DNA from: Chiloscyllium plagiosum
Lineage: Eukaryota
Length of the DNA: 64,000 nucleotides
NCBI RefSeq assembly: GCF_004010195.1
Contig: NC_057716.1
Location: forward strand, 81,287,883 to 81,351,882
Reading direction: 5' to 3'
Shown here piece by piece: positions 1 through 13,300 of the stretch. A model generated the notes under the pieces. The model was not told the DNA's origin. It did no database searches and was given only the letters and a program-made list of their open reading frames with translations. The position numbers and the translations under genes were made by a program. Every line of letters starts with the position of its first letter. Position 1 is the stretch's first letter.

Positions 1-194
1 AACACACTGCCTGCAACAGTAGTAGACTCGCCAACTTTAAGGGCATTTAAATGGTCGTTGGATAGACACATGGACGAAAATGGAATAATGTAGGTTCGAT
101 GGGCTTCAGATTGGTTTCACAGGTCGGCGCAACATCGAGGGCTGAAGGGGCTGATACTGCGCTGTAATGTTCTATGTTCTATGTTCTATGTTCT
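1..194 (+). mobile_element. CR1-clade LINE 3' end (ORF2 C-terminus, 3'UTR and (ATGTTCT)n tail)
   Basis: Frame 1 reads NTLPATVVDSPTLRAFKWSLDRHMDENGIM*, like the CR1 ORF2 C-terminal WNxLP...FKxxLD motif. It is followed by a GGGCTGAAGGG 3'UTR and an ATGTTCT tandem tail at ~167-194. Confidence 0.85.
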
Positions 195-760
195 GTAGGT
201 GTAAGGCACAGGAAGGTGGTGTCCAACAGCAGGCTGGAATCAAGTGGAACATTTCTACTCCTTCATAAATTTTTAACCAAATGTAATTTGGCTACTTCCT
301 TTTGCAAACATGGCACTTGAGATGCTGTTGGTCAGCACTTCAGTTGTCATTGTGGTCCTTTATGACTTAAAAGAAATTTTAAATGTCAGGATGGAGATGG
401 TATAAAACTGCCAAATTAAATCATGCAGAACAATGAGGTCTACATCAAGCCTTTGACGTAATACACCTATTTGTCAGATATTGAAATGCAAAAATTTGAG
501 GTGATAACAAGGAAATATAACCTACTCAATTCAATCATTACAGTCTATTCTGATATAACATGATAGTTCAGTTCCTGTGCAATCTTACGTCATAAGAAAA
601 TCACATAATAGCAGCACCATTTAAACCAATGAGACCGGAATCACGTTACAGCCAATATAGGTAAGGTAAGTTCATGTTTTACAAATACAGATCGAAAGTC
701 ATCAACCATGTTATCGCCAATTCGTGTTGAAGAAATCCCCATTATAACAGAACTGCCTGT

Positions 761-1066
761 AGATTCCTAACACTGTGGAAACAGGCCATTTGGCCCAACA
801 AGTCCGAAGAGTAACCCACCCAGACCCATTTTCCAGCATTTACCCCTGACTAATGCACCAAACACTATAGGCAATTTAGCATGGCCAACTCACCTTACCT
901 GCACATCTTTGGACTGTGGGAGGAAACCAGAGCACCTGGAGGAAACCCCCATTAGATAAAGGGAGAATGTGCAAACTCCACACAAACAGTCACCCAAGAC
1001 AGGAATTGAACCAGGTCCCTGGCACTGTGAGGCAGAAGTGTTAAGCACTGAGCCATCATGCCGCCC
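761..1066 (-). mobile_element. HE1-type tRNA-derived V-SINE
   Basis: On the minus strand: GGGCGGCATGATGGCTCAGTG (A box), GGTTCAATTCC (B box), V-domain GTGTGGAGTTTGCACATTCTCC and CR1-like tail GGCCTGTTTCCACAGTG. Confidence 0.9.
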
Positions 1067-1621
1067 ATGTACTTGGGACTCTCATTCACCAGTCAAGGCT
1101 AAGGATCAACTGTTGTGAGAATGCTGAATTATCAATAATGCATTTGACGTTTTGTGGCAGTGTCTATCAGAGAAAAGTTTATGGTTTAAATTTCTCTCCA
1201 CATCTAAGGTTTTCAAAATAATTGTTATCTACAGTATGCTCCACAACTTTCACTTTGTAAAGAGGGTCAGCATGCATGTTCTCATGACTGGGATAGCCAA
1301 GACATGAAAACAATAGGGAGGAGATAATGTCAATAGCAAATCAGCAGTATAGGGAAGAAGACTGGTGTGCCAGTCAACATTTCCATATGCATTCCAAGGA
1401 TTGCAACATCTACAAGATATTTTACCTGAACAATCACAATCTGTCAAGTATACCTAGCTAAACTAACCCTGTTGTCCACTTGTGAACTCAGTTCTTACCA
1501 ATTGGCATCTGATGTTGAGACCTTCCTACCAGATAACACAAACAGATAAACAATAAGCACAAAGTTCAAGTTAAGTGTGAGACATTTATTTTATCTGCTT
1601 CTAACTTGGTTTAGCATTATA

Positions 1622-1685
1622 AAAATATGGATACATTTCCTTTACTTCAGACATATGAGACAAACCTTAGTACAATTTGGTGCAA
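1622..1685 (+). repeat. 64-bp local direct repeat, copy 1 (copy 2 at 2861-2924)
   Basis: Ungapped manual alignment gives 58/64 identical positions. Confidence 0.9.
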
Positions 1686-2292
1686 GTATTGCAAATGGTG
1701 ACTGGGTGCTAGATTTCACTAAGAACCTATTGAGCTTCTGGTTTTAATTGACTGTAATTCTGACAGCTTAGTATGTGAAGTGGTTAGGTCCAGGAATGCA
1801 ATTGCTGACCAGTTTTGCCTGCATGGTATTGTCTATTCCCAAATTTAATGTACCATGTGCTTCTGGCAGAAAGGAAATGAGCATTGGTCACTTAATTGTC
1901 TACCTTTAATTTTGTCCACTAGACCATCTGTTGCTCTTGGTATGTTGAATTATTGTTTCTTACACCACTCTATGCCAATGTCTGATAAGCAGTTTTGTAC
2001 CAAAAGTTCAAATGGTTGTAACATTCTGATTGTAATTCTGAGAATTATTGCATTTCGTTTTAATTGACCAGTCCACTGTTTAGGAAAGAAATGTTTTTTT
2101 CTGAGAATCCAATGAACATTGGACACAATAGGAGCAGTTTCCTTTGCATTTTATTTGGAACATTTGTAAATGCATCTGTAGGAAAACATTTATGATTTCA
2201 ATACCAATATTGAGCAAAAAGAATGTACCGTTGCTTTTTCAATGTTATTTCCTCTGGGTATACTTTACATTATACTTTGTCTTGATTATCAT

Positions 2293-2390
2293 GGTTGAAA
2301 AATGTGTTGCTGGAAAAGTGCAGCAGGTCAGGCAGCATCAAAGGAGCAGGAGAATTGACGTTCTGGGCATACGCCCTTCTTCAGGAATGA
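2293..2390 (-). mobile_element. Penelope-like element terminal fragment (family A) with damaged hammerhead core
   Basis: GAAAAATGTGTTGCTGGAAAAGTGCAGCAGGTCAGGCAGCATC...GCCCTTCTTCAGG matches the terminus of the PLE at 58126-60005 and the fragment at 24671-24798. Confidence 0.8.
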
Positions 2391-2860
2391 TTATCATGGT
2401 GCCATTTTAACTAATGCTTTGAAAAAAGAATCATTCTTACCCGATAAACAATGCCAAAAGACATGCTTACTTAGAAATTATAATATTCCTTATCAGATAG
2501 AACTGTAGAATAATTTACAAACTATTCTAAGAAATCATCCCAAGCTTGTAGGATGTAATTTTACCAACTCCTGAAGGTGATAATGGAGATAAAGGGGGAA
2601 AAAGATGGTGGATCGACTCTCGGACATGTTCGGTCATTGGCGGATTTTACGGACAATGGTATTGGAATTGAGACAATATTGCAGAGGTACTATTAAGGAC
2701 TACTTTAACAGGCCATCAGTATTTTGTAATGGCTGATTGACCACTGCCACGCGAAGAAGTTGCTAGCTAAGTGGAGGCAGTTTCTCATGGCAAGAAGCTG
2801 GAGAACTTTATTAAGCTGGGTAGTTTTTGTGAAGAGCGAAGTGCCAAATTTTCCAAGTCC

Positions 2861-2924
2861 AAAATATGGATACGTTTCCTTTACTTCAGACATATGATAC
2901 ATACCTTAGCACTATTTGATGCAA
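2861..2924 (+). repeat. 64-bp local direct repeat, copy 2
   Basis: 58/64 identical to 1622-1685. Confidence 0.9.
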
Positions 2925-3559
2925 ACGAAGAGAAACTAAGAGAAAGAATATATTCAGCCATGGGGTGGACGGAGGAGTGTAGGATGGTTGGGGAAGCCAA
3001 TGACCTCCCGAGAGGGGTTTCTCCTTCAGTACTCAGCTGAAATGTTTTTAAAACTTTTTTAAGTATTTGCTGAAGGCTGTAGGACCCCTGGCTGTCTGAA
3101 AATTCACCGCCTGTCCTGGTGCTGCTGTGCTGCCAGCCATCTGTGATGCCACAACATGTCTTTTATAGTCTGACCACCCAACCAACAAATTTCAGATCAC
3201 AATATTTTATAATATGTTAAAGAACTGAACTTGGGCTCATTGAAGTCACAAAATGTCATAACAAGAACCATAACTACAACATTAACTGGAACTATTTGGA
3301 AATAAGAATTAGCTGTCCTCCACAATTAATGTAAATGTAAAAACCTATTTCTACATCCCATTCCAAATAATGATTTTACATAATTTATCTTTCTGCATTA
3401 AAGAGTACGTTTGACTTTTAAGCACAGTGGTGAAACAGTGTGATCATTAGACAGAAAAGTATTCATTAATGTCAACCATTTAGTAAAGATTGCATTACAT
3501 AATGTCCCACCTGAGGGAGTTTAGCAACTGTTACATAGCAGGATCCAAGGTGGTGGTAA

Positions 3560-3685
3560 TATCGGAAAAATCTGTAGGTTTGAAATGAAACCAGGAAGTG
3601 CTAGAGAAACTCAGTAGGTCTGGCAGCTTTTGTGAAGACAACAATATCAAATTTTCCAAATCCAATATAACACTTCTTTCAAATG
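3560..3685 (-). mobile_element. Degenerate PLE terminal fragment
   Basis: GTGCTAGAGAAACTCAGTAGGTCTGGCAGC resembles the PLE termini at 7291-7420 and 23535-23672. Confidence 0.55.
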
Positions 3686-6124
3686 CTATCTTTTTTCAAA
3701 TAGTTTAGGTTTGAATTTAAAATAAGAACATTTCATCTGTAAAGCAGCAACAACAAATGATTCTGACTTTCGGAAGCCATTTCATCTCAAATTATTCTGT
3801 AGACTGCAGTGATTAATTTGTATAATGTCAAAAATCAGAAGAGTTTAAGGTTTAATTTCCCCTTTTGTTGACTGCTTCATATGCTTAGTTGTCTTTTGTT
3901 GTATAACATTGCTCTGTATGCCATTGTAATGTAGTTGTTTGCCAACTTGAAATAAATAGACTGGCAAATCTATTAAAATGGTTCACAAAGGAGCTTTACA
4001 AAAATGTGTTAAGCGATGTGCTAGAAAAAAAAAACAAAGCCATTGGAGTTATCTGGTAAAATAGGTTTTGAAGGGTTAAATATCTATGGCAAAATATAAC
4101 TCAAAAACTCTCTTTAAAAGGATATCTAATTAACGTAAGTAATTTTAAACAGATATTTTATTGACTTGTGTTCTTTAATTCAGTAGATGTATTTCAACTC
4201 AGGTGAAAATTATCTTTTGAATTCACAGTTTATGGATGTATCACAGTTTGTGGATACCACATTTTAATTGGTTTTCCTTATGTAGTTGCTTAACAAATGT
4301 TAACTGTGCATTTTAATCATTTCCTATATTCTTCATGCACATAACAATTTACTGCACAGTGGAAGTTAAAAAATCCTCTTTGTTACATGCTAATTTCTTG
4401 CTGCAGGTATAGCATTGCTAGCAATCAGTATTGAAAATACCTCACCGATCTATGCTGTTGGTCTCCTTTCGATGGTGTCGGGATACAGAACCAAAGAATC
4501 AAAGCACCAGGTTGATGGCCAGTACATTTAGATCCTTTAAGACAAAAACAATTCACAAAGTAGCAAACATACTTTGAACCAATTCAAAGGTTCAACCTTC
4601 AGATGCCTTTTGCGTCTTTACTGTCGCCCGTTCACACCAGGAAAAACCCATAAAGAATATTATTTGATCAATTTAAATTTTGCTTGCACAGCTTCAATCC
4701 CTTAATGTAGGATTGTTGCATTGTACTGTAGTGGGACAACACATTTATTGAATAGTAGTTCTGTTCATTTTGGATGGCAGCACTGGAGTATTTAGTGCAG
4801 GAATATTTTCAAAGCCACACTTTAAGCGGAGCATGTCCCATCGCATCAAGCAATCTTTTTCATTTTCCAGATGTTTATCACTAATCTAGTGTTGCCAAAC
4901 TCACAGGATATTATTCTGAAGATTCACATTTCTGAAAGACTATTTTTGATTGCCAAAATTCATTTTATTTACAGTCGCTGATGACTGTCAGCAAAAAGAA
5001 AATGCTATTCATCCCACAGTTGGATTGAAAACATGTTTTTTTCTAAGTGAAGAACTGGGTCTTTGACCAAAGTCTTAGTCCACCAAATTATCTAGCCGTC
5101 AACAAGCTGCCATTATTTTGTTTATAGGCCGGGTCCTCAGGTGGATTTAGAGAACTCCTCCATGTCTTTCCAAGCTGTTATTCTGGAAGAGAATCAAGGC
5201 AGCTGTGTTTACTGCCTGGAACTTGGCATAAATTTACAAAAAAACTAGAATTTATATCATTCGGTATCACTGAGAGATCTCAAACCACCTGCCTATGTGA
5301 CAAATTCACCCTATTGTGAGCTCGTTGTTAATGACATCATGCAATAAAGTCAACAATTCATGTTGATGAATTAAGGTTTTATGAGCTTTGCTAAAAGATA
5401 TACCCATAAAGGAACTATCATGGTGCAGTGCTTTCACCAATGAATCAGTTTTTCAAAAGTAGAATATGTGTATTCTGACCGTCACCCTTGGAAATATATC
5501 AAGTAGAGCACAAGCTTTATTTTTATTAACCCTTGCCAGGTGAAACTACTTAGGAATGGCATAACATATTCTTGGAAAACTGGTGCATACAGATCTGTCC
5601 ATTTTACTAACTAGTCTGGTTCATTCCCATCGTTTCTTGTTGCTCCTGGTACAGATCTGACTGCCAGAGAGGAAAGAGGAATTGGTGTTTTGCTAGATTG
5701 TTCTCTCTACTCACCCGCTTTATAGTATATGATACAGAAGCAATTGTCAAAAGGCATTTGAACCGCATTGTAAAATTGAAGATTGGCCAGAAATTTAAAA
5801 GATAAAAACAAATTTTCAATTTTTCAGTCTATCTTCAGTTTGCTAGGAAAGAAGGTTCAGCATACAATGTAATCACAGCTTCAAGATTCATGTGTTGCAG
5901 CTCCACATTGCTTTATCATTCAGAAATGTTTTTAAGTCAAATCACAAGCTATTATGGCCCTACGGAATATCTGGCTGAATTTCCCCATATACTTTGATCA
6001 TGATCTTCTTAAGCATATTCAACCTCATAAACTCTTTAGCCAAAGGGATTTATTTCTGTTGTTAAGTATTAAATAACATATAATTGTTTTTCATTATATT
6101 CTCCAGGTGTTGGTGGGAATAACA

Positions 6125-6915
6125 AAAACATGCATTTACATAGCACCTTTATGTTGAAAAACTTTCCCAAGGTGCTTAATATCAACATAGCGAAGAAAAT
6201 CAAAAATTTAGCCAGAAAAGGAACTATGTTAAAGAGGATATTTTGAGAGGAGAGAATGTTAGAGATGTTGGGCAGCTCAAATAACTCTTGAGGATGAGGT
6301 CTAGGAGGCTGAAGACAGCGTTACCAATGGTGGGATGAAACGAGGGAGGATTTTTAAAAGTGATCAGAACCAGAAGTACAGAAGGTTTGAAAATAGGTTT
6401 TAGTATTACAGAAGGTTACAGATATAGAGAGGATTAAACCATAAAATAATCTAGACACAATGAAATGAAATTAGAATTTATTTGCTTGAGGACTAGAAGC
6501 AACGATGTGAATAGTGATTGAACAGGACTTTGCACAGTACAGAATATGAGCAATAGTTCACAGAAAGTGGACCATGGGAACCTCATCTAAACAGCATAGT
6601 AATGGTCAAGATTGGAAAAGAGGAAAGTTTGGATGAAGGGTTCTGTGACATCCTATCTGAGGTCTAGGTGGCAAATACTATGGAGTTGGAAAGAGACAGA
6701 TAAATAGGATCCTGAGGGTTTAAACAATTTCTTCAGTCTGCCAGAAAGGCCAGCATTGACTGACTATGATACTGAGATTGTGACAGGGGAAAGACATTTT
6801 TTCTCGTCAAATCTATGCTCAGCCAAAGGAAATTACTGTTTGTCTTACTTAAAATTTCAGACACAGGTCTGAAGCGATAGACAGATTGAAATAGTGTAAA
6901 GGAAGCAGAAAGTGA
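6125..6915 (-). mobile_element. Old L2-like LINE 3' fragment
   Basis: CATGCATTTACATAGCACCTTT...CCCAAGGTGCTT is an L2/DeuSINE-type 3' tail, followed by a purine-rich degenerate body. Confidence 0.5.
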
Positions 6916-7290
6916 GTTGCATAAGACCATAAGATGTAAAAACAGAAGTAGACCATTCAGCCCACCAGGTCTGCTCCATCATTCAAGAAATCATGGCTAA
7001 TCTAATAATCATCAACTCCATTTTCCTGTCTTTTCCTGATTACCTTACTAACTTAAAATCTGTCTATCTCAGCTTTGAATATGATGCAGTTGATATGATC
7101 TAGCCTGTATAGCTGTCTGCAGTAAAGAAGCATTTGGATTCAGTACCCTCTAAGAAAATAAATTCCACCTCATCTCTTTTTAAAATGGATGTCGTCTTAT
7201 TCTGAGATTATACCCTCTGGTCCTCAACTCTCCCACAAGGGAAACAATCTTTCTGCATTCACCCTGTCAAGCCCTCTAATGTTCTTAAAC

Positions 7291-7420
7291 AAATATAAAG
7301 AACTGCAGATACTGGAAATCTGAAACAAAAACAGACAGTGCTGGAGAAACATCACAGGTCTGGCAGTATCAGTTCAGGATAAAAAACAGAGATAACATTT
7401 CAAGTCATTCATCAGAATCT
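7291..7420 (-). mobile_element. PLE terminal fragment nested in CR1
   Basis: GAACTGCAGATACTGGAAATCTGAAACAAAAACAGA...GCTGGAGAAA...AGGTCTGGCAG...TTCATCAGAA. Confidence 0.7.
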
Positions 7421-7691
7421 TGTATTTTTCAATAAGGTCACTTCTCATTCTTCTAAACTCCAATGAACACAGATATTCTACTCTACCTCACCTCACAAGA
7501 CATCCCTCCATAGACAGTATCAGCCTTGTGAACCTTTTCTGAACTGCTTCCAATGCTACGTATGTTTCCATACATAAGAGGTCAAAAACTGCTCACAGTA
7601 TTTCAGCTGTGTTTTTACTAATGCCTTGTATAGTTTTGACAAAACCTTCCTTCTTCTATATTCCATTCTTTTGAAATAAAGACCAATATTC

Positions 7692-7778
7692 TATTTCTCA
7701 GGAAGGGTTCCTGGACCTGTAACATTAACAGATGCTGCCAGACCTGCTGAACTTTTCTTGCAATTTCTATTTTTGTTG
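7692..7778 (+). mobile_element. PLE terminal fragment nested in CR1 with 9-bp flanking direct repeat
   Basis: CAGATGCTGCCAGACCTGCTGA motif; CCAATATTC at 7683-7691 and 7779-7787. Confidence 0.65.
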
Positions 7779-9149
7779 CCAATATTCCACTTACCTTCTC
7801 TGTGTACTCACTGAACTTTTGTGATTCATGCACAAGGATTCCTAAATCCCGCTGTGTTGTTTTGCTGCAGTATTCCTTCATTTAAATAATATTCAACTCC
7901 TCTGTTCTTCCTGCCAATGTGCATAACGTCAAATTTTCCCATCTTACATTTTTTCCCCTCTCACTTAACCAATCTATATCCCTTTGTATACCCATTGTGT
8001 CATCCTCATCACTTTCCTTTACACCTATTGTTTGAGTCATCTACAAACTTGGTTACATGCATTCACTTTTCTCATGCAAGTCATTAATATATATTGTCAG
8101 TAATTGTGGGTCCAACATTGACCTCTGTGGCAGGCCATGGGTTACAGGTTGTCATCCTGAAAATGCCTCCTTCATCCCAACTCTGTCTTCAGTTTGTTAG
8201 CCAATTCTCTATTCATGCTAATATATAACCTCCAACACCATGGACTCTTATATTATTAAGTAACTTCATATGTGTACCATACCAAATGCCTTCTGAAAAT
8301 TCAAGTGAATGACATTCAGTCTTTCCCATTTATCCTTCTTGTTACCTCCTCAAGGATTCCTAGTAGATTTGTCAGGCATAATTTCCCTTTCATGAAGTTA
8401 TGCTGACCCTTGATCATGTTATGTATTTTTAAATGTTCTGCATTACATCCTTTGATAAAACAGTCGAATGTTTTCCCAGTAACTAACATGAAGCTAACTG
8501 GCCAAGAGTTATCTATTTATTACCCCATTCCTTTTTAAATAAAGGTGTTACTTTGCCAGTTTTGCAATTCTCTGGAATTTTTCCAGAATCCTCGGATTCT
8601 AAGAATCTCAGATCTATCAGTCTTTAGCCCTATTTGTTTCTCTAGCATTTTCTCGAGTGATAGTTGTGACTTTATTTGGTCTTCTTCCTTCGCCCCTTGA
8701 TTATTTAATAATTTTGGAATGCTTTTAGTTTCTTCTACTGTGGAGATTGCAAAGTATTTATATGAATGAGATATACTGGAGTGGGAAATGGAAGATGAGA
8801 CTTCAGTTTTGAATTGATAGTGTGGAAAGAAGAAGATAAAGGACCATGTGGAAGGTTATGCTTGATGGAAGGAGAGAGAAAAGGAGGAAATTGACCAGAC
8901 AGTCCTTTTCTTAATGACAAACCTAAGAATCTTGGGTTTCAGATTAGAGGCAAGAGGAGGAAGGTTTCATGAAGCTATTGTTTGCAGTGAAAAGATACTT
9001 GGGACTGTCATTCCTGGATGATGCCAGAGCCATGGATTATTTTGGAGGTGAAAGATTAACACTGGAAAGTCAATACATGGTCTGATACATGCCATAGCTA
9101 CTCAACCTGCACACAATCTTCCTTACCCACAACCAACCTGACGCTTGAA

Positions 9150-10208
9150 GAGTTAGGAGAAAGTGAAGATGAGGCGGAAGATGAGGCGCTCTTCCTCCAG
9201 GCGTCGTGTTGCCATGGTCTGGTGATGGAAGAGGCCAAGGACCTGCGTGTCCTTGGCGGAGTGGGAAGGGGAGTTAAAGTGTTCAGCCACAGGGCGGTTG
9301 AGTTGGTTGGTCCGGGTGTCCCAGAGGTGTTCTCTGAAACGTTCCACAAGTAGGCGGCCTGTATCCCCAATGTGGAGGAGGCCACATCGGGTGCAGCGGA
9401 TGCAGTAAATAATGTGTGTGGAGGTACAGGTGAATTTGTGATGGATCCCTTGGGGCCTTCAAGGGAAGTAAGTGGGGAGGTGTGGGCGCAAGTTTTGCAT
9501 TTCCTGCGGTTGCAGGGGAAGGTGCCGGGAGTGGAAGTTGGGTTGGTGGATGTTGTGGACCTGACAAGGGAATCGTGGAGGGAGTGGTCTTTCCGGAATG
9601 CTGGTAGGGGAGGGGAGGGAAATATATCCTTGGTGGTGGGGTCTGTTTGGAGGTGGCGGAAATGACGACGGATGATACGATGTATCTGGAGGTTGATGGG
9701 GTGGAAGGGGGGGATTAGTGGGGTTCTGTCCTGGTGGCGATTGGAGGGGCGGGGTTCAAGGGCGGAGGAGCAGGAAGTGGAGGAGATGCAGGATACAGTC
9801 ATCGATGTAGCGGAGGAAAAGGTGGGGGGTGGTGCCAGTGTAGCTGCGGAAGATGGACTGTTCCACATATCCGACGAAGAGGCAGGCATAGCTGGGGCCC
9901 ATGCAGGTGCCCATGGCTACTCCTTTGGTTTGGAGGAAGTGGGAGGATTGGAAAGAGAAGTTGTTTAGAGTGAGGACCAGTTCAGTCAGTCGAAGGAGGG
10001 TGTCGGGGAAGGGTACTGGTTGGGTCGGCGGGAAAGGAAGAAGCAGAGGGCTTTGAGGCCTTCGTGATGGGGGATGGAGGTGTATAGGAACTGGATGTAT
10101 AGGAAATGTCTGTGTATAGGAACTAGGATAAGGCATTGGGGGCCGGGGAAGCGAAAATCATGGAGGGGGTGGAGGGCGTGGATGGTGTCCCGAATGTAGG
10201 TGGGGAGT
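9150..10208 (-). mobile_element. Penelope-like retroelement (Neptune-type), internally deleted RT + GIY-YIG fragment
   Basis: Minus-strand peptides QTKGVAMGTCMGPSYACLFVGYVEQ...LFLRYIDD (RT), CNRRKCKTC (Cys linker) and ERFREHL...VAEHF (GIY-YIG C-terminal part). Same family as 58126-60005, with ~360 bp missing near 9790. Confidence 0.9.
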
Positions 10209-10210
10209 TA

Positions 10211-10360
10211 ACCCACGCAGGTGAGGAAACCCACACAGACATGGGGAGAATGTGCAAACTCCACACAGACACTCACCCAAGGTGGGAATTGAACCTGGGT
10301 CCCTGGTGCTGTGAGGCAGCAGTGCTAACCACTGAGCCACTGTGCCTTCACTGTACCACC
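10211..10360 (-). mobile_element. HE1 SINE 5' part
   Basis: GGAATTGAACC (B box) and AGTGCTAACCACTGAGCCAC (A box) read on the minus strand. Confidence 0.85.
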
Positions 10361-13300
10361 CCCATAGCTCTACAAAGGCTATGAGAGATGGTAATGTCTA
10401 AGGGTTGACCATTTATATGTGTCGGGGGAAATTAGATAGACAGGTTTATGTGGACAAAAGAAAGAAGGCAAGGGAAGATGGAAATAGCTGAGGTGATTCT
10501 CTTGTGAATATATTTCTACCTCATAGGTTTGAACTTTGCTATGATAAAAAAATCATGTTTCATACCACTTTTTTGAAATGCTTTGGTCATTTTTAGGTAT
10601 AGTGATAATAGTGCAAATGTTTTGTAAGAATCGACAGAAATTATCAAAAATTGTAGTTAAGTTATAAACTTTCCCAAAATCTATAGATACCATGAACCAC
10701 TTCTGAGTTTTCTCAGAGCTTCAGATTATTTTTACAATTCTCAAACGTTTTCTAAATTACAATGTATCTTATGCAAATATATTGAGACCATTTATGTTTC
10801 CACAAAAAATATAAACTATTCTGGGATATAAAAGCAAATGACCATCACAAGAATAAAATGTAGGAAATAATGTGTTAGGCTTATTAAAGGAGGAAGAGTA
10901 CAACGCCAGGATGCCATAGACCTGATTCTGATAATAATATAGTTCATGTGTCTTAATTCTGTATATTCATATTTACTTTATTTGCTGAAAAAGTGACTCT
11001 TCAATGTTCCCAGAGGGATACATTTATACAAATTTGGCATTTAAATTGAGAAACAGTTGTTCCCTAACTAATGACAGGTATCCTAATCTGGTACAGTTTG
11101 CTATTACCTACACATTGTTCATCTGTAATAATTTGTTTTCCAACAACAAGACATTTTTTTTTAAGGTTGTATTAGCTATGTCTTAAAATGATAACAACAT
11201 GAAACATCCATTTATATGGGAACCCACATCTTTTTTATTATCCTTGGTTCTGCTTCGTATAGAGTTATAGTAAAATGTATGTACAGTAATGTATTAATGT
11301 AACATGAAAGTCGCATAATCAAACATAGAACAGAGAACACTTAACCATAAGTCTGCTGTAGAATTGCTTCCTCAACAGAGTGCTTTCCACAAGGAAGAGA
11401 GAAGAATTGTGAGGAAATAATATTTCAAACATCAAACTTTGGATCCTTACGTAACTCAGTGCTCCCATTCTGTCACATGATCTATAAAGGATAATTTACT
11501 CATCTTCCCCACACTGTTATTGTGGTTTGATTATAGTGATACTAGAAATTCATTCAATTTGGAAGCTCTTTACAAACATAAATCTATTCCTTTAGGAATA
11601 GTGATGTTTCAAATAATTATTATATCCTTTTCTCCCCAATCTAATGTGGTCTACATGATTGACCATGGTGAGTCCTGCATGACATTCTAAATAAAGAAAA
11701 AGTGTTTAATATGAGGATAGTGTAGCGTGGAGATAACAAATAACAACAATTCATACCAAATGCTGAGGGAAACTCCCGATAACTTACTCATGTCTTGGCC
11801 TTTCATGTGTTCTGTGGATTCTTGACACAAATGTATTATAAATGGGCATTTCATGCTGTTCTGTACCACATAATCCTAAATCAGAAGAAACAGATATAAG
11901 ATTGAATTCAAACATTGGACCTCCAACACATTTCTTGTACCTCCAGAATTTTCAGTGAAACTGTTGCATAGAAACTTTTGATCAGCTTCTCTTCATAGTT
12001 ATTACATAGTTCCAAATGTTAAAAAATATCATGAATCTAAAAAGTCGATTATATCTCAGCAATAAAGGTCTGCTATATTAAAGGCACATGTGAACTCTAA
12101 TCTTCATAAGGTTGTTTTAATGAATGATTCAGGATCACAGATAAATTGAGTTTTTGACTTTGGATCTGTTGAGTGTATCTGTTTACATTAATACAACAAT
12201 ACCATTCCTTGAACCTAATAACAATTATGCTGCATTATACTGATGCGCATTTAGCAAACTAATCTTCGCATTATTTTCCAATAAGAAAATGTTTTGAAAA
12301 GCAAAATTACAGGCATTTAAAAATATGCAATTTGCAACATGGCTTTGTACATTTCCTACTTTAATAAGGCTAACACATTGTTTCCTACATTCAATTCTTG
12401 TGATGGTCATTTACTTTTACATGTTTATACCTAACCTTTCAAGAATATTACCCAAAATATACTTTTTGCATCAATACAACTGGATTTTTGATTTTTTTTT
12501 GGTGTTGGTTACCAAAAGAATACTAGATATGCCCAATTGTCGAAAGTGAGTGAGTGTGCCATTTTAAACAGGAATACTATAATGTGCATAGAGATAGGTT
12601 TTAACAATCCATCCATAATTTATTACAATTTTTCTTTCATGTTCATCTTAGTTTGCATAAAACTAATGAGTGAATAAATGTTATTCATCTTTAGAACATG
12701 CAATGATCAGCATGAAAATTCAAACTAAAGTCTAATCTTAATTAGACTGACTTCAAATTGTAAGCATAAAGATTAAGAAGCATTTTAATTGAAGATAGAG
12801 TTGTGGATTTGACACACCAACCAGGTGTTTTTCTGAGAACAAAATAAAGAAAAGTTAATTTGAAACTGTGGAAATTGTGTTGAAATCTTTTGCAGATGGA
12901 TGTAAAAATGTTTGTTGCATTGTTATATTTTTGTCAATTATCAAAACTGTAATAAGATACTTGAAACATATGAAATAGGGTATAATGTGTAAAAAAAAAT
13001 TATAATATTTGGTGAAATTGCACTATTTTTGGGATGTTTTTCCAATAATTTTAAAGTTAACTATTTAACCAGTACATTTGATTCAAGCCTTTAGAATTTA
13101 AAGTACTCTGAAAATCCTAAAGGGCAATATATTTTTAAGTGCTTATAATAAGATAGGCAAGGATCTGGATTTATGTTATTGATATACAAATACAACAGCA
13201 GTTGTACTTAGGACTTATATCTCATACAATGCTCACTTAAAACGTTTTATATAATTTGTAATTTCTTTAAATATCAGCAGTGAAGAGGATAGTGTCTGAT

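Larger units (their letters stand above)
6920..8740 (-). mobile_element. CR1 LINE, 3' ~1.8 kb (RT region, decayed), with two nested PLE termini
   Basis: Starts with the CATAAGACCATAAGA tail. The minus-strand peptide 'QRDLGILVHESQK' (ORF 7618-7881) is typical of CR1 ORF2. Confidence 0.85.
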
